Positions 27,080-41,099 are shown, numbered from the whole stretch's first letter. The stretch: DNA of 63,675 nt, filler included, from Octopus bimaculoides (GCF_001194135.2; 6 parts of 6 records of this genome joined end to end with filler, not necessarily neighbours in it); one strand, 5' to 3'. Made by a program: numbers and translations. Notes: a model not told the origin generated them from the sequence alone.

Positions 27080-27260
27080 ACTAAGATGGAGCTTTTGGCT
27101 CATCATCAAAATCTGTCATTGTTGTGTCTTTTCTATGAGTATTCCCATAGTCATTGCTCTGATGAACTTCATGTTTCAGTACCCTCTGTCCAGACCTTTA
27201 AATACATCACCCACACCTCTTCTCATTTACATTAAGTAAGCAAGCTACTTACCACACAGC
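27080..27260 (+). mobile_element. LINE C-terminal relic (CR1/L2/Crack group)
   Basis: LAHHQNLSLLCLFYEYSHSHCSDELHVSVP resembles the 'HRRNVASLSLFYRYF.G.CS.EL' tail of this group. Confidence 0.5.
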
Positions 27261-28450
27261 CATTCCTGTGTCTTGTAAATTGTTCCAATTGTTTTTATTT
27301 AATTATTGGAATGTTTCTGTCTAACTGAACTTTAGATGAGAATCCACCATTTCTATCGCAAAGCCACAAATTAAATCAAATTCCACACTAAACACCACTT
27401 CACTTGCTCTACATTGTATGGTTAACTGCTTGCAGCAGAGAAGCAGAGAGAGAGAGAGAGAGAGAGAAATAGGAAAAGGAGAGAGGGAAGAAATGGGGGA
27501 GGAAAGAAAAGGGGGAGAAAGAGAATGTGAGGCAGGGATTGTAAAGAAAATGTGACAGCAGGGAGAGAGAAAAAAGGAAGGTAAAAGAGAGAGGTAGGGA
27601 GAGAGGTAGGGAGAGAGGTATGGAGAGAGGAAGAAGGAAGGATCATAAATAAAGATTAATGGTAGAGAGACAGAAGAGAAAAGGCAATATAATGATACTA
27701 ATAATACTGAGACAGACAGCAGGAATGGAAGTGTTGTCATGTGAAGGTGACAATTATTCACTGCATTTAAGTACTGGGCTGGTTCACTGAATACTTCCCA
27801 TGAAGTTTGGTATTTGCCGCTTTTGATATCAGAATATTGCTTTCTTTGAGATGACCCTAAGTGCTCCTATCACAATAGGTACCACACTCACTTTTGAGGC
27901 TGAATGGATTCTTTTCACATCCTATCCTAGGTCTCCATACTTGCTAACTTTCTCATCCTGTCTTCACAATATTCTGGTCTACAGGTACAGCTACATCAAT
28001 GATGGTCCATTCTTTGGACGTCTTCAGGAGGAGGGTCATAGCTGGTCAGTTATGTTGCAGATTTTTGTCTGTGTATATTGGCATATACTCTTTTACTCTT
28101 TTACTTGTTTCAGTCATTTGACTGCGGCCATGCTGAAGCACCGCCTTTAGTCGAGCAAATCAACCCTGGGACTTATTCTTTGTAAGCCCAGTACTTATTC
28201 TATCGGTCTCTTTTGCCGAACCGCTAAGTGACGGGGACATAAACACACCAGCATGCTAGGGGGACAAACACAGACACACATACACACACACATATATATT
28301 TATTTATTTATGTGTTTCAGCCAAGTGGCTGCGGTCATGCTGGTGCATATATATACTTGAACTTTAAATCGTGCCATCCACCCCATACAAAACGCAACAT
28401 ACCATACTGCCTAGCCAGGAGAATATGTACTATTGTAGAGGATATAGAGA

Positions 28451-28550
28451 NNNNNNNNNNNNNNNNNNNNNNNNNNNNNNNNNNNNNNNNNNNNTTAATT
28501 AATTAANNNNNNNNNNNNNNNNNNNNNNNNNNNNNNNNNNNNNNNNNNNN
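28451..28550. other. Artificial scaffold-join spacer (44 N + TTAATTAATTAA + 44 N); also at 41435-41534, 44090-44189, 53791-53890 and 58558-58657
   Basis: Five identical 100-nt spacers. TTAATTAATTAA places stop codons in all six frames. Confidence 0.95.
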
Positions 28551-28764
28551 GGCCGTTTTCGTGCGGGTGACACGTAAAAGCACCCACTACACTCTCTGAG
28601 TGGTTGGCGTTAGGAAGGGCATCCAGCTGTAGAAACTCTGCCAAATTAGATTGGAGCCTGGTGTAGCCATCCGGTTTCACCAGTCCTCAGTCAAATCGTC
28701 CAACCCATGCTAGCATGGAAAGCGGACGTTAAACGATGATGATGATGATGATGATGATGATATG

Positions 28765-29143
28765 TCTAATTTGAGTCTGGCAGCGATGTTACTAGCTTCT
28801 TTATTAATATCATTATAGGTTTGAGGTCTAGCCTTGGTGTAATTGTTGATGATGCTGTTATGTAGGAGTCGTGAATATGTGTTGTTCTCTACTAAGTATA
28901 AGTTCTTGGTTTTATCGGAAAAAAGTGCCTTTTGTTTGGAATTTTTTATGTGTTTAATGTCTTTTTTCAGTTTCTGTTGGAAAGTGTTGAAAGACTTATG
29001 AAATTTTAATTTGTCCATGATCTTCAGTAGGTCCATTTCGAAGTCTTCTAAGCCTTTAATTTTGGGAGGAAATTTCTTGGATTTAAATCTATATAATGTA
29101 TTGTCTGTAGTGTCCTCTTCCGTGTTATAAAAGAAGGCTTTCC
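28765..29143 (-). mobile_element. Penelope-like element, RT N-terminal fragment
   Basis: DFEMDLLKIMDKLKF...SDKTKNLYLV...YSRLLHNSI...INKEASNIAARLKLD, typical of the GIY-YIG PLE pre-RT region. Confidence 0.75.
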
Positions 29144-30133
29144 ACATATGTATGTATGTGTGTGTGTGCGTGTGAACGTGTGCATGTGTGTGTGTGTGGT
29201 GTGTGTGTACATGCATACACACACACACACATGTGTTAAAACAAAGACTGGAAACACTTGAGATGTTTCATTTTATATATATACATCTTTCAGTGAAACA
29301 TCAAAATGTATTTTTTTTATTCTGCAGGTGAACAACTATAAATGCTCAAACTGAATATAACCCAAATAGGTTATAATAGAACTGCATTGTATATAGAATG
29401 GATTATAAGCCAAGTCATGTCCTCATGAAGCATATCTGCATATTCTGGCTATCAAATGTATGTATGCAGATGTTCTATTTCAAATAAGAAAATGATACAT
29501 ACATAAAAGTTGAAATTATATGATTCACCAAGTAATTATGTATTAAAATGAAGACTGGAAATGCTTTAGATTTGTTGGGATATTTTGGGATATCACACAT
29601 GTATGTATGTATGCATATCATTTTTTCAGTTTTATTTCAAGATTCTTGCCAACGGAGAGAGAGCCAGTTTCTAACCTAGATCCAAGGCTCCTTCATTGGA
29701 ATTTCAGCAATATTAACAGGGTATTTTTGAATCTACGTATGGATATGTGCAGATATATATGTTTTGCTTTATGTGTGTATTCTCATGCATTTAGTTGCAT
29801 ATCTAGACATGCTCATATATACTTAAATGATAAAGTTCTGGAATGTTTTACAGATTTTTACATTCTGGTGATGGCTTGGATCAGTAGTCTTTGAATCAGC
29901 TTTCTCCTTTCTGGTTTTGAGACAGTTCCATTTCAGATGATTGTAACAACAGTGAAAAAAATATCAATGTTAATTTATTGATGCATTTGGGCAACTCTAT
30001 GTCTGTATCATCAGACAATAGCAAAAAAAAATGTTTAAAAACAATTCAAAACTCTGCAAAAATCCAGTACAATATGGTTCAAAATGTTGCTTACTTTTTA
30101 TTCAACCTGATATATATCTGTATGTATGTGTGT

Positions 30134-30172
<39 letters not shown>

Positions 30173-31869
30173 CACGCATGTGCATGTGTGTGTATTATAG
30201 ATACATATTACATATATGTGTGTGTGTGTGTGTGTGTGCGTGTGCGTGTGTGTGCGTGTGTGTGTGTATGTATGTGTATGTATGTATGTATGTATGTATG
30301 TATGTATGTTATCAATCAGTTTCATTTCTGTATTTCTTGTTCATAGAGAAAGAGCCGGACTCTAACATAGATTCAAGGCTTCTTCATTGGAACTTTTATC
30401 AACATCATCTAGGTATTTGTGCATGTGTGTGTGCAGTATTTGGTGTTAGTGTATGTGCAGATTTGTATGTTTGTTTTATGGATGCGTTTTTATATGTATG
30501 TATGTATGTATGTAAATTTGTAGTGTAATATATGGATTCATAGAATCATGTAGCTTTCACTGGAAGCTCCTCCAGCAGACTCAGCTATTAGACCACATAG
30601 GAAGCTAATACAGAGGAGTATAATGTAGAGTCTCCATGCAGCTGAAATCCAGATCTGATTGTTAAAATTATTTCATGAGGTGTATATTATCCATAAAAAG
30701 TGAAGAGGTATAAGAGATGACTACATTTATTTAGCTACTTGTCATCCTTAGGATTATGCTTGTTTTTCAGCCTTCTTCATGTGATAATAATTTCAGTGTA
30801 TAATGAATTATGTTTACATGTCTGCATGAATATGCATGCTATGCATTGCATAATACAATTGTATATTTATAAATCAATGCAGATAAAGAAAGATAACTAA
30901 TCAGATCATCAAAACATCATGGTAACTCTAAGTATACATACAAAATTTTCTCTTTATTTATACACAAAATGATAATGTTTTTGTATGTATTTATATGTGT
31001 GCATGTATGTTATACTTATGTGTGTGTATATTTATATAATGTTTGTCTCTGTGTGGGTATAAGATTATACAAGATTATGCGAGTGTGGTTGTGTATTTTT
31101 TAGTATGTTAATTCTTGTATGTATGTGAAAGGGGTTTGAGACAAATTCAAGATGGATTCTAGATGTTATTCCTCTATTGGTCAGCTCAAGTCATGTGGTG
31201 TTAATGAAGTGGAAGTGACTCCAGCTCTTTCCTTTACTCTTAGGCTCACTTGTTCAGACTGAAAGTCAGCAGGGAGCTGTTGCCTCTTTGGAGCATAGTG
31301 TTTAGTATTATCAGTTCATAGCATTGGGTACCACATATTGTACGGGAAAGTGTTAGTACAGGTTAGGACCATTGTCAGTGAAGTTTTAACATATTAATGG
31401 CGGCAGTAATCTTTGTGTGGGAGTAAACAGAGTTGGTGGTGTTAAGTTAAAATCGGGACTGGTGGTGTTAAGTTAAAATTGGGACATGGGTGGAGCTGAG
31501 GTCTATACAAGATGCAGGGATTGAATACTCTGCCCTTGTGTGTAGGGTAACTGGGTCTCATGTATTATATCTGGATTGTCAACTGCTAGTGTCCTGAACT
31601 TCATGGACAAGCATACATCAGTATGACTTCCCAACATCAAATGGTATATAACTGACAGGCCCCCTGCCTCACTCATTTTAAATTCATAATTGTCAATTCT
31701 GTCCCTGCAAGAGACTACATGTTTTATCAACCTGCAGTATCCATCAAAAGGAAGAATGAACTATCTTATTGTTGCCACCTGCAGAAAATCTCACCTTTGC
31801 AGTTCAAGTAGGTATCCCGGTGGAGAGAGTTTATTTTAAAATAATTCTTTTCTCAGCTAGGCATAGCCT

Positions 31870-32660
31870 ACACCTTCTGTTATTATTAAAGTAAGGCTTG
31901 CACTTCTCCAGAACCCTCCATTTGGTGTGACTTGATATTGAATATCTCTCCTGATATTAAAGGCCAACTTCTTGTGGTTGTTAAACTTGGTTCTGTGATG
32001 ACCTTTTGTTGTGCCCACATACTTCCACACATTTGACTGCTGGTTGGGGTCCTTTCATGTCAACTCTGCCCTATATATACCTGACTCTGTTGCAGAGTCA
32101 TTAAGGGAACATGTGGTGTAGCCTCTGCATAAGCATTCCATATCTGTCTCAGGTGTGGGCCTGCTTATTAATATATTTTTTTATATTGAGTGCATAGCTA
32201 AAAGAAACTTTTAATGTGTGCCTCTTAAAAACTTTACAGAAAAAGGGTAAAAGTGTTTACACTTTTACCCTTTTTACTCTTTTTACCTAGTTTGCACTAA
32301 ACTAAGAAAGATCTTACCCATAAGTTTTTTACACTTTGGGATAAGTGAGGTATGAACCACATCATCTTCTGGTGGTGTTTTCTCTTGGTAGGGTGTAACT
32401 AATTCAATGTTTAAAACTGCTGGCAGCCAAAGCCTAATTGTAATATGAGGCAGAGGCATTGAAAATCTCTATACTTGCAGACTGGTTGGAGATTCTTCGG
32501 CTGACACCCTTCACCAGGTCTCTAAGCAGTATGGTTGGATGACAGGAAGCTGTGTTAATATATGCCAGTCTCTCGTTTGGCTTCCTGAAGTGCCTATAGG
32601 CATCAGATTCCAAGTCTAAGGTCACATCAAGGAAATCAACTGCTTTCATGTTGGTTTCTA
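31870..32660 (-). mobile_element. Penelope-like element: RT thumb and GIY-YIG fragments
   Basis: VDFLDVTLDL...FRKPNERLAYINTASCHP (32434-32649) and SGIYRAELT...KYVGTT...TKFNNHK (~31950-32100). Confidence 0.75.
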
Positions 32661-32722
32661 TTGTAGCCTTTGCAACATTAACAAAAAGTAAGACACCAAT
32701 ATACAGAAACTCTCAAACATAT

Positions 32723-33097
32723 GTTGTTGTTGTTGGCACTCCATTGCTTACGACGTCGAGGGTTCCAGTTGATCCGATCAACGGAACAGCCTGCTCGTGA
32801 AATTAACGTGCAAGTGGCTGAGTACTACACAGACAGGTGTACCCTTAACGTGGTTCTCGGGGATATTCAGCGTGACACACAGTGTGATAAGGCTGACCCT
32901 TTGAATTACAGGAAGTAAGAGTGAGAGAAAGTTGTGGTGGAAGAGTACAGCAGGGTTCGCCACCATCCCCTGCCGGAGCCTTGTGGAGCTTTAGGTGTTT
33001 TCGCTCAATAAACACTCACAACGCCCGGTCTGGGAATCGAAACCGCGATCCTATAACCGCGAGTCCGCTGCCCTAACCACTGGGCCATTGCGCCTCC
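32723..33097 (-). mobile_element. tRNA-derived SINE, family 2, full-length copy
   Basis: Aligns end to end with 22796-23171. Confidence 0.85.
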
Positions 33098-33164
33098 ACT
33101 TCTCAAACACATACACACACATAAATGGGTTTGTGAGTCTGCCTATGTGTGTGTATGTGGGCGT

Positions 33165-33204
<40 letters not shown>

Positions 33205-33550
33205 GTCTTGTATGTATGTGTATGTGTGTGTGTGTATACATACACACACACACACTTGTTTTTCTGTAAATTTCAACTATATATATATATAACTGTACCA
33301 AGTGATGATGTTCCATCCAAAAACTTTGAAGCCACTAGAAGAGAAAAGGAAGAAGACAAATGACAGGAAAAAAGAAAAGCTCGACAAAATCAACCTTATC
33401 CTACACCAACATTACTATGCAATCAATACCATTGTCTCTTCTATACAAGAATTGGTCTACAGAGTCTTCAATGCCATCACCATAAAGGAAGTATTATTCA
33501 GTAAAGAGAAACTAAATTCTTGGATACAAGATAAAGCCACTGCTGATATA

Positions 33551-34450
33551 TTAAGTCATATCATAAATAATGTGGTTTTCTCAATTGCATGAACTAAGTC
33601 AGAGGGGGGTGGAGTAAACTACCTGCACCAACTTGCTATTAAAGCAGGTCGTAATTTTACCTTGTACTTATTCATAGTGCAAGTTTTGAAGAGTGCAGTT
33701 CGATTTTAACATTTTAACAGTTATTTTTTTCAAAACTATTATGGAAGTGACAAAGGAGCATATTCGGCTTATTTTGCTTTATGAGTTCAATAAAGGCAAC
33801 AACACAATGGAAAGTGAGAGGAATATTAATGCAGTATATGGGGATTGGACAATAAGTGTAAGCCAGTGTCAATGATGGTTCCAGAAATTCCAAGCCAGAA
33901 ACTACAGCCTGGAAGAAGAACCTCATCCTGGAAGATCTGTAGAGCTCAATGAGGATGTCCTGCAATACCTATTGGAACAAAATCCCATCATAACTGTTAA
34001 AGAAATAGCAAAGAAGCTTGGATTTGGTCATTCAACCATTCATCAACACCTGTGCTAGAAGAAAAACGACCATCTTTAGATTCAAGATGAAAGATGTTCT
34101 TCCATGAGAATACTGCTTGGCCACTGGAGCAGTTTGAATGGGAAACAATGCCCCACCCACCATATTTGCTGGATATTGCCCCATCTGATTATCATTTATT
34201 CCGCAGTCTTCAAAATAATTTAGATGGAAAAAATATGAATTCTGTAGATGAGGTCAGAACAGTACTGGAGGAGTAGTTTTCATCATGGACAAGTGAATTT
34301 TGGAAGTTGGACCTTACAAGTCTAAATGATAAATAGAAGAGCATTGTAGAAAATGAAGGAGAGTGTATTTTGGATTAAAAAAGAACTTAGTTTATCTTAA
34401 TTTTGAAAAATAAAAGCATAAAAAACTGCCTTATTTATGGGATGAACCAA
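33551..34450 (+). mobile_element. Mariner (DD34D-type) element, internally deleted
   Basis: N-terminus MEVTKEHIRLILLYEFNKG...GRSVELNED and C-terminus HPPYLLDIAPSDYHLFRSLQN. Imperfect TIRs in TA context at both ends. Confidence 0.85.
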
Positions 34451-34487
34451 TATATATACATACATGTGCACACAAACGCACGCAAAT

Positions 34488-34518
<31 letters not shown>

Positions 34519-35888
34519 AACACACGCATGCATAAACACACACACACACACGCTCACAATCTTTCTACAGTACTTATCATATATAAACTTGCTACTTAAG
34601 TTTCATGGCTAGATAGTTATTTGCAATGTAACAGAATATTAATTTGTTTGTTTATTATTTCAGCGGGCAAAACAAAACTCCAATGCTGGCCAGGGGCCAT
34701 AACTCTTATTTCGTATATTAGTCAAATTATGTTCCTTAGATTGGCAGCACATTTCTGTTGGAAGATATATTCTTTTATTCTTATACTTGTTTCAGTCATT
34801 TGACTGTGGCCATGCTGAAGCACCGCCTTTAGTTGAGCAAACCGATCCCAGGACTTATTCTCTGTAAGCCTAGTACTTATTCTATCTGTCTGTTTTGTCC
34901 AACCGCTAAGTTACGAGGACGTAAACACACAAGCAACGGTTGTCAAGCGATGTTGGAGGCACAAACACACACACACTCACACACGACGGGCTTCTTTCAG
35001 TTTCCGTCTACCAAATCCACATGGCTTTGGTCAGCCCAAGGCTATAGTAGAAGACACTTGCCCAAAGTGCCATGCAGTGAGCTTATAAAGTATAACTCTG
35101 ATTCTGAAGTGGTTGGTCAGTTTTTGCATTGCAATCTTGCATATATGTATTCACCAAGACATATTCTCAGTATCATGATGAGATCTACATTTTGAAGCCA
35201 ACGTAAGGTTTATAGATGCATATTACTCGTGTTTAGTGACTAGGTGAGGTTGGAGTACAATATCATTTTCTTGATATGTGGATGATTGTGTTTTTGTGTT
35301 GTTTAAGGTAACAAGATTGTTTGTAAGGTCTCTTGGTCATGGGATCAGTGCAAAATTTCTGTGAGGTATCTAAGTTGTCCTGAAAAAGACATTTCACTGC
35401 ATACAGATAACTAAGGTACCTCACAGAAAACCTGAACTGACTCCATCCAGTGGTGAGCTTCCAGCTCTGGAGTTCAAGAATTTTAGTGAGTATGAAGTTA
35501 CCCTTTTGTTTCCTCTACTTCCAGGTCAACTAAAGACAGATGGAACAGTATCTCTCAAGACCCCAACTTATGTGTCAAATAGCAGTATATGGCCCTGTAG
35601 CTAAAGGATTTAAACCATGAAGGAGATTTAGTCTCAGAACATGTGTCACATAAGTTCATTGGTATGTGGGTATGACCTGAGGTCATGTAAACCAGTCTCC
35701 TTGCCTAAACGTTAAATAAGCCCAGTGCTTCAAGGGTAAGCTGAAAACAACAGGGGACTAGTAGAGTAAACTAAATAAACGAGCAGAAAACAACAGGAAA
35801 CTACTTCTGTGTCTTTTCCATGAAAATCATGTATCTTCAAATCCATGACTGTTGATGCCTGTAAGGTACGGCACATGAAGAGACAGAG

Positions 35889-35919
<31 letters not shown>

Positions 35920-37049
35920 AAATATGAGAGAGAGGGGGAGAGGATGAGAGAGAGGGGGAGGGAGAGACATTTGGGTTGCAAATTAATAACGCTTAGGTGT
36001 AGAAGGTTAAACAACAACAAAAAAAATGAAGGGTAGTTTATCATCTGCATATGAGTGGGTATTGTTGTTGGTGATAGCAAATAGATTGTTGAAATATATA
36101 AGAAGTGTGTGGGTCAACAAACCAAACCTTAAGATTGCCATAGTTGATAGTATAAATCAGAGAGGAGGAAAGAAAGGGAGAGGAGGAAGAAAGAGAGATG
36201 GGGAAAGATAAAGGAAAATAGGCAGGGGGGGGGGAAGAGAGAAAGAGAAATGTTGATGAGGATAGGTGCAAGCTTGGAGGAAGGGAAACACATTATATGA
36301 GGGTAATTGAAAGGACATTGATGGGACTAGCTGGCTTGTTGGTTTGAAGAGACCATTTAGAATAAGTACTTGTGTACTGAGGGTGTTGTTGTACCCTGTC
36401 TATAAATGTAGAAGTCAATGTCTTATTAGGCACTGAAGCAACTCCTCCCACTGTAACACAAAAGCTCCTCCCACTGTGACATCAAAGCTGCCTTTGGCCA
36501 CTCATTGATGTTGGCAACAAAACTCTAGCAGAGCAGCAGATATTGTGTCAGATGTTGTGACTCTGGGCCAGATGTTTCTACCATTCTCAATACTTGCTCT
36601 TGTTGCACAACTCATCCTTTCTCTTGAACCAAATGCAATAGCTTGCTTTCTCGGTAGTTTCCAACAATTTTCAGGTAACATTTCTCTCCTTCGCAGCTAG
36701 TTTAAAATTCCTGAATGTTGAGTGAACTCTGGTTCCAACAAATCCTCTGACATTTATGTGTATACAGCTGTGTATGGATGTATGTATGTATGTATGTATG
36801 TATGCATGAATGAATGCATGTATGTATATACATATATATATGNNNNNNNNNNATATATATATATATATATATATACATACATACATACATACATACATAC
36901 ATACATACATACATACATGTAAATATAAGTATATTTGTATGTGTTTGTGTGTATCTTCATCATCATTTAATTTCCTTTTTTCATGCTGACATGGGTTGGA
37001 CAGTCTGGCAGGAGCTGACTGGCCAGAAGAGAGGCTTAAGAACTGGGCC

Positions 37050-38350
37050 TTGATAAACTCCTACTTGCACACTAAACTTTTTGCTTTACTCATTGCTGAC
37101 TGTCACCTTACTGACAGCATCCCAGTACATCGTTTGGATGGCTCCCACCAGCCACTCATCTATCCCTAGCTTTTGCAGTAACCACCAAATGAGGGAGCAA
37201 GGGACTGTCAAAGACTTTCTCCTTATCAACAAATACCATGTACTGTAGTTTCTTTCTCATTAAATGCTTCTCCTGAAATTGACTTACTAGGAAGATTGCA
37301 TCAGAAGTGCTTCTCCATGACTCAAAACTAAACTGCATCTCATCTAAGTTAACTCTTTTCCTAATTTGTTGAGCTATAACTCTTTCTGTAACTTTCATCA
37401 CCTGGTCCAGCAATTTAATACCTTTGTAATTACTTTTGCCTAAGGTATCTCTTTTACCTTTGTAGCAGTTGACTATAATACTGCTACACAAGTCATTAGG
37501 TATGATCCCTTCCTGGATGACCTGATTGACTATACAGGTAACTAAGCAATATGTCACACCAACGAGTAGTTTAAGTACTTTATCCATAATTCCTGAAGGG
37601 CAGGGGTTCTGCCTGTCTTCATATCCTTAATTGCCATATCTTCCAAGCAGTTGTCAACTCTGATAGTTGGTTCCTCTGTTAGGTCTGCATTAGGAAGACC
37701 CTCCTTTTCTCATGAATTCTCTACATTTATATATCTTATCTTCTTGCCTTTAACCCTCCAACGCGGAGTATAGGCCACTTATAATTGAATTCCCTGTTGC
37801 ATAATTTCTCGCTTCTGTACTTATACTCTGCCTTGAATGTCCCCCTTTCTCTAGTTCCTTTTGTGTTGATCTACGCCACGAGTTCTTAGGCCTACCCCTT
37901 TTTCTATAGCCATCCGGATTCCACTGTAAAGCACTTTTCGCTGCATTTGGTGTGAATTTAGCAGCCTTTTATAGTGACACTTCCATACCTCTTTCTTTTC
38001 AAAATAACTAAGTGCAACATACTTCTCACCTACAACATCACGATTTTCTCCAACACAGTATCTTGCAATCTGGAATGTCTCACCATGCCTCTGGTCCTCA
38101 TGCCACAGGATATTGGCAAACTTCTTCCTTTCTGCTTCTTCCCTAGCTAAATACACATGTTGCCTAGCTTCATTCTGGCTACCTAGTATAGTTCTGTACA
38201 ACCACCACTCTTCAAGTCCTTCAATGCCTGTTTCTTTGCTCTTATGGCTGTCTACTTCACTGTTCCACCACTATGTCACCCTAGCGCTGGCTGGAACTTT
38301 GCATCAGCCACAAATTTGGTCCATAATCCTTAGGAGGCTATCCTGAAGGA
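37050..38350 (-). mobile_element. RTE-clade LINE fragment, decayed
   Basis: CSSIIVNCYKGKRD...NYKGIKLLDQVMKVTERV...DEMQFSF...STSDAIFLV...FVDKEKVFD plus the upstream pre-RT region. Stops and frameshifts present. Confidence 0.88.
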
Positions 38351-38450
38351 ACTTACTTTGTCTTCTATGTTATCTCTGTCTGTCTGTCTCTCTCTCACTC
38401 TCTCTCTCAGTATATATAAATATATATATATATAGATAGACAGATAAATG

Positions 38451-38504
<54 letters not shown>

Positions 38505-39450
38505 CTATGAAAGAATAGATAATAGATATATATGTATTAATTTCTCTGCCTCAGAGCATTCTCTGTTGAAACTTATTAATTCAGTGAAACAAAAATTCAC
38601 CAGCACAACAGCAACAGCAGCAGCACCACCACCACCAGCAGCACCACCAGCAGCAGCAGCACCAGCACCACCACCACCACCACCTACACNNNNNNNNNNN
38701 NNNNNNNNNNNNNNNNNNNNNNNNNNNNNNNNNNNNNNNNNNNNNNNNNNNNNNNNNNNNNNNNNNNNNNNNNNNNNNNNNNNNNNNNNNNNNNNNNNNN
38801 NNNNNNNNNNNNNNNNNNNNNNNNNNNNNNNNNNNNNNNNNNNNNNNNNNNNNNNNNNNNNNNNNNNNNNNNNNNNNNNNNNNNNNNNNNNNNNNNNNNN
38901 NNNNNNNNNNNNNNNNNNNNNNNNNNNNNNNNNNNNNNNNNNNNNNNNNNNNNNNNNNNNNNNNNNNNNNNNNNNNNNNNNNNNNNNNNNNNNNNNNNNN
39001 NNNNNNNNNNNNNNNNNNNNNNNNNNNNNNNNNNNNNNNNNNNNNNNNNNNNNNNNNNNNNNNNNNNNNNNNNNNNNNNNNNNNNNNNNNNNNNNNNNNN
39101 NNNNNNNNNNNNNNNNNNNNNNNNNNNNNNNNNNNNNNNNNNNNNNNNNNNNNNNNNNNNNNNNNNNNNNNNNNNNNNNNNNNNNNNNNNNNNNNNNNNN
39201 NNNNNNNNNNNNNNNNNNNNNNNNNNNNNNNNNNNNNNNNNNNNNNNNNNNNNNNNNNNNNNNNNNNNNNNNNNNNNNNNNNNNNNNNNNNNNNNNNNNN
39301 NNNNNNNNNNNNNNNNNNNNNNNNNNNNNNNNNNNNNNNNNNNNNNNNNNNNNATATATATGTATATTCCATATTCTATACCCCACATTAGTTCTGCAGG
39401 AATATAAATAAAACATAAAAAACAGACAGTGTTGGAACTCTTTTAAGCAA

Positions 39451-39519
<69 letters not shown>

Positions 39520-39739
39520 TGGGAGAAGGAGGAGACATGATTTCGCCACCAAAGATTATTTAGATATAGGAAGAATCAGAAGACTTGATAGAATGAGTTA
39601 GAGATAGCGTGTTTTGATACCTTAACCCTGATGTACACCAGATGAGATGCTTTCTGCTTCACCGACTGACGATATGGCAAAGTTGCAAATTTTGATAAGA
39701 TTCCTGATTGGCAGGAAGGGTGAGGTCAGCTCTGCTAGA

Positions 39740-40800
39740 TACTCTAAACAGGTAGTGATTGGATGGTAGTGTAATGGGGGTAGTGGCGACAGTGGCGGTG
39801 TTGACGATGGTGGAGGTGGTTGTGATGATGGTGATGGTGGTGGTGGTGGTGGTAATGGAAGGGATTGTGGTTGTTGTTGTTGTTGTTGCTATTGTTGTGG
39901 TGTTGGTGAGGAGTGTTTTTGGCAGTTGGTGGTAAGGGCAGCAACACTAGTGGTGGTGGTGATGGTAGTAGTAGTGGCATTGGTGATGATAAAGCTGATG
40001 GTAGTGGTGTTGGTGTTGGTGGTGATAGGGGTGATGGTGTTGGTGTTGGTGGTGATAGGGGTGATGGTGTTGTTGCTACTGCTGCTGCTGTTGTTGTTGT
40101 TGTTGGAAGTGGTGGTGGTAGTATTATTGGTGGTAGTGGTACTTGTGGTAGTAATAGTGTTGGTGAGATAGTGGTGGTGGTGGTGGCGGTGGTGGTGGTG
40201 GTGGTGATGGCAGCGTTGGTGGTAAGATGGCCATGGTTATTATAGTGGTGATGGTGGGGTGGGGACNNNNNNNNNNNNNNNNNNNNNNNNNNNNNNNNNN
40301 NNNNNNNNNNNNNNNNNNNNNNNNNNNNNNNNNNNNNNNNNNNNNNNNNNNNNNNNNNNNNNNNNNNNNNNNNNNNNNNNNNNNNNNNNNNNNNNNNNNN
40401 NNNNNNNNNNNNNNNNGGATGAATAGTGGACAGTGGTCAAATTTGTATTGGTGGTGGTGGTGGTGGTGGTGGTGGTGGTGGTGGTGGTTGTGGCAGTGGA
40501 GGTGATCGTAGTTGTGACTGTAGTTGCAGTGGTTTTTGTGTTTTGTAGTGGTTGTAGTTGTTATAGCGGTAGTGCTTATTGTTACCAATGTAATGACAGT
40601 AATAATAGTGATTTTGTGGTGATGGTCATAAAGATTAAGGTTGTGATGTAACTGTGATGGTGGAGGTGGTTGCTATGGTGTTGGTTGTGGTGGTAATTGT
40701 TAAAATATGTGGTGATAGCAATCATACTGATGTTTGTGCTGATGGTGTTGTTTGTATTGTCATTGCTGTTGTTGTTGTTGTTGTTTAATGCTAGGTTGAC
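39740..40800. repeat. Long degenerate (TGG/TGA/TAG/TTG)n trinucleotide tract with an internal gap
   Basis: About 1 kb of low-complexity triplets. The complementary (CAC/CAG)n type occurs at 38600-38690. Confidence 0.9.
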
Positions 40801-41099
40801 CCTAATCAAGTAGACCTATAGCCAAAAGTATTCACACTGTAACCAACTGGTCATCTTTTTCTTTTGGTCACACCATGATGCTGTGAGATGAGATTGCCCA
40901 ATATGTTTTTTTTTTTTTTATTGTTAACATGTATTTGGCTGCTATATCTAGCAGGTTGAACAACCATGCAGAACATTAGTTCTGAAACAGGGATTATGCA
41001 AAAAAGAAAAAAATCAAGAGGGGTGTATGTCATTGTAAAAACTCTGGTGTAATTAAAACCAACCACTTTTAAATGGTGCACCTCCAGATTTAACAAATA

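Noticed and set aside
28495-28506. Recurrent TTAATTAATTAA as a homeodomain site or piggyBac target
   Set aside because: It is always centred in 44 N + 44 N, so it is a synthetic linker.
29930-30115. Candidate terminal ARMC4 exon after catttcag (frame reading ...LLMHLGNSMSVSS...)
   Set aside because: It lacks the conserved LQEAAAGCIxNIRRLAL motif, has the wrong phase, and lies beyond a scaffold join.
31591-31627. Hammerhead-like CUGAUGU-AUG..CAU-GAAG on the minus strand downstream of the PLE fragments
   Set aside because: Two core positions deviate and helix I is poor, so it cannot be distinguished from chance.
39744-40809. Gly/Val/His/Trp/Pro-rich ORFs on both strands
   Set aside because: They are translations of degenerate trinucleotide repeats with no splice signals or domain. 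The same applies to the HTHT, CVCV, YIYI and ERER ORFs elsewhere.
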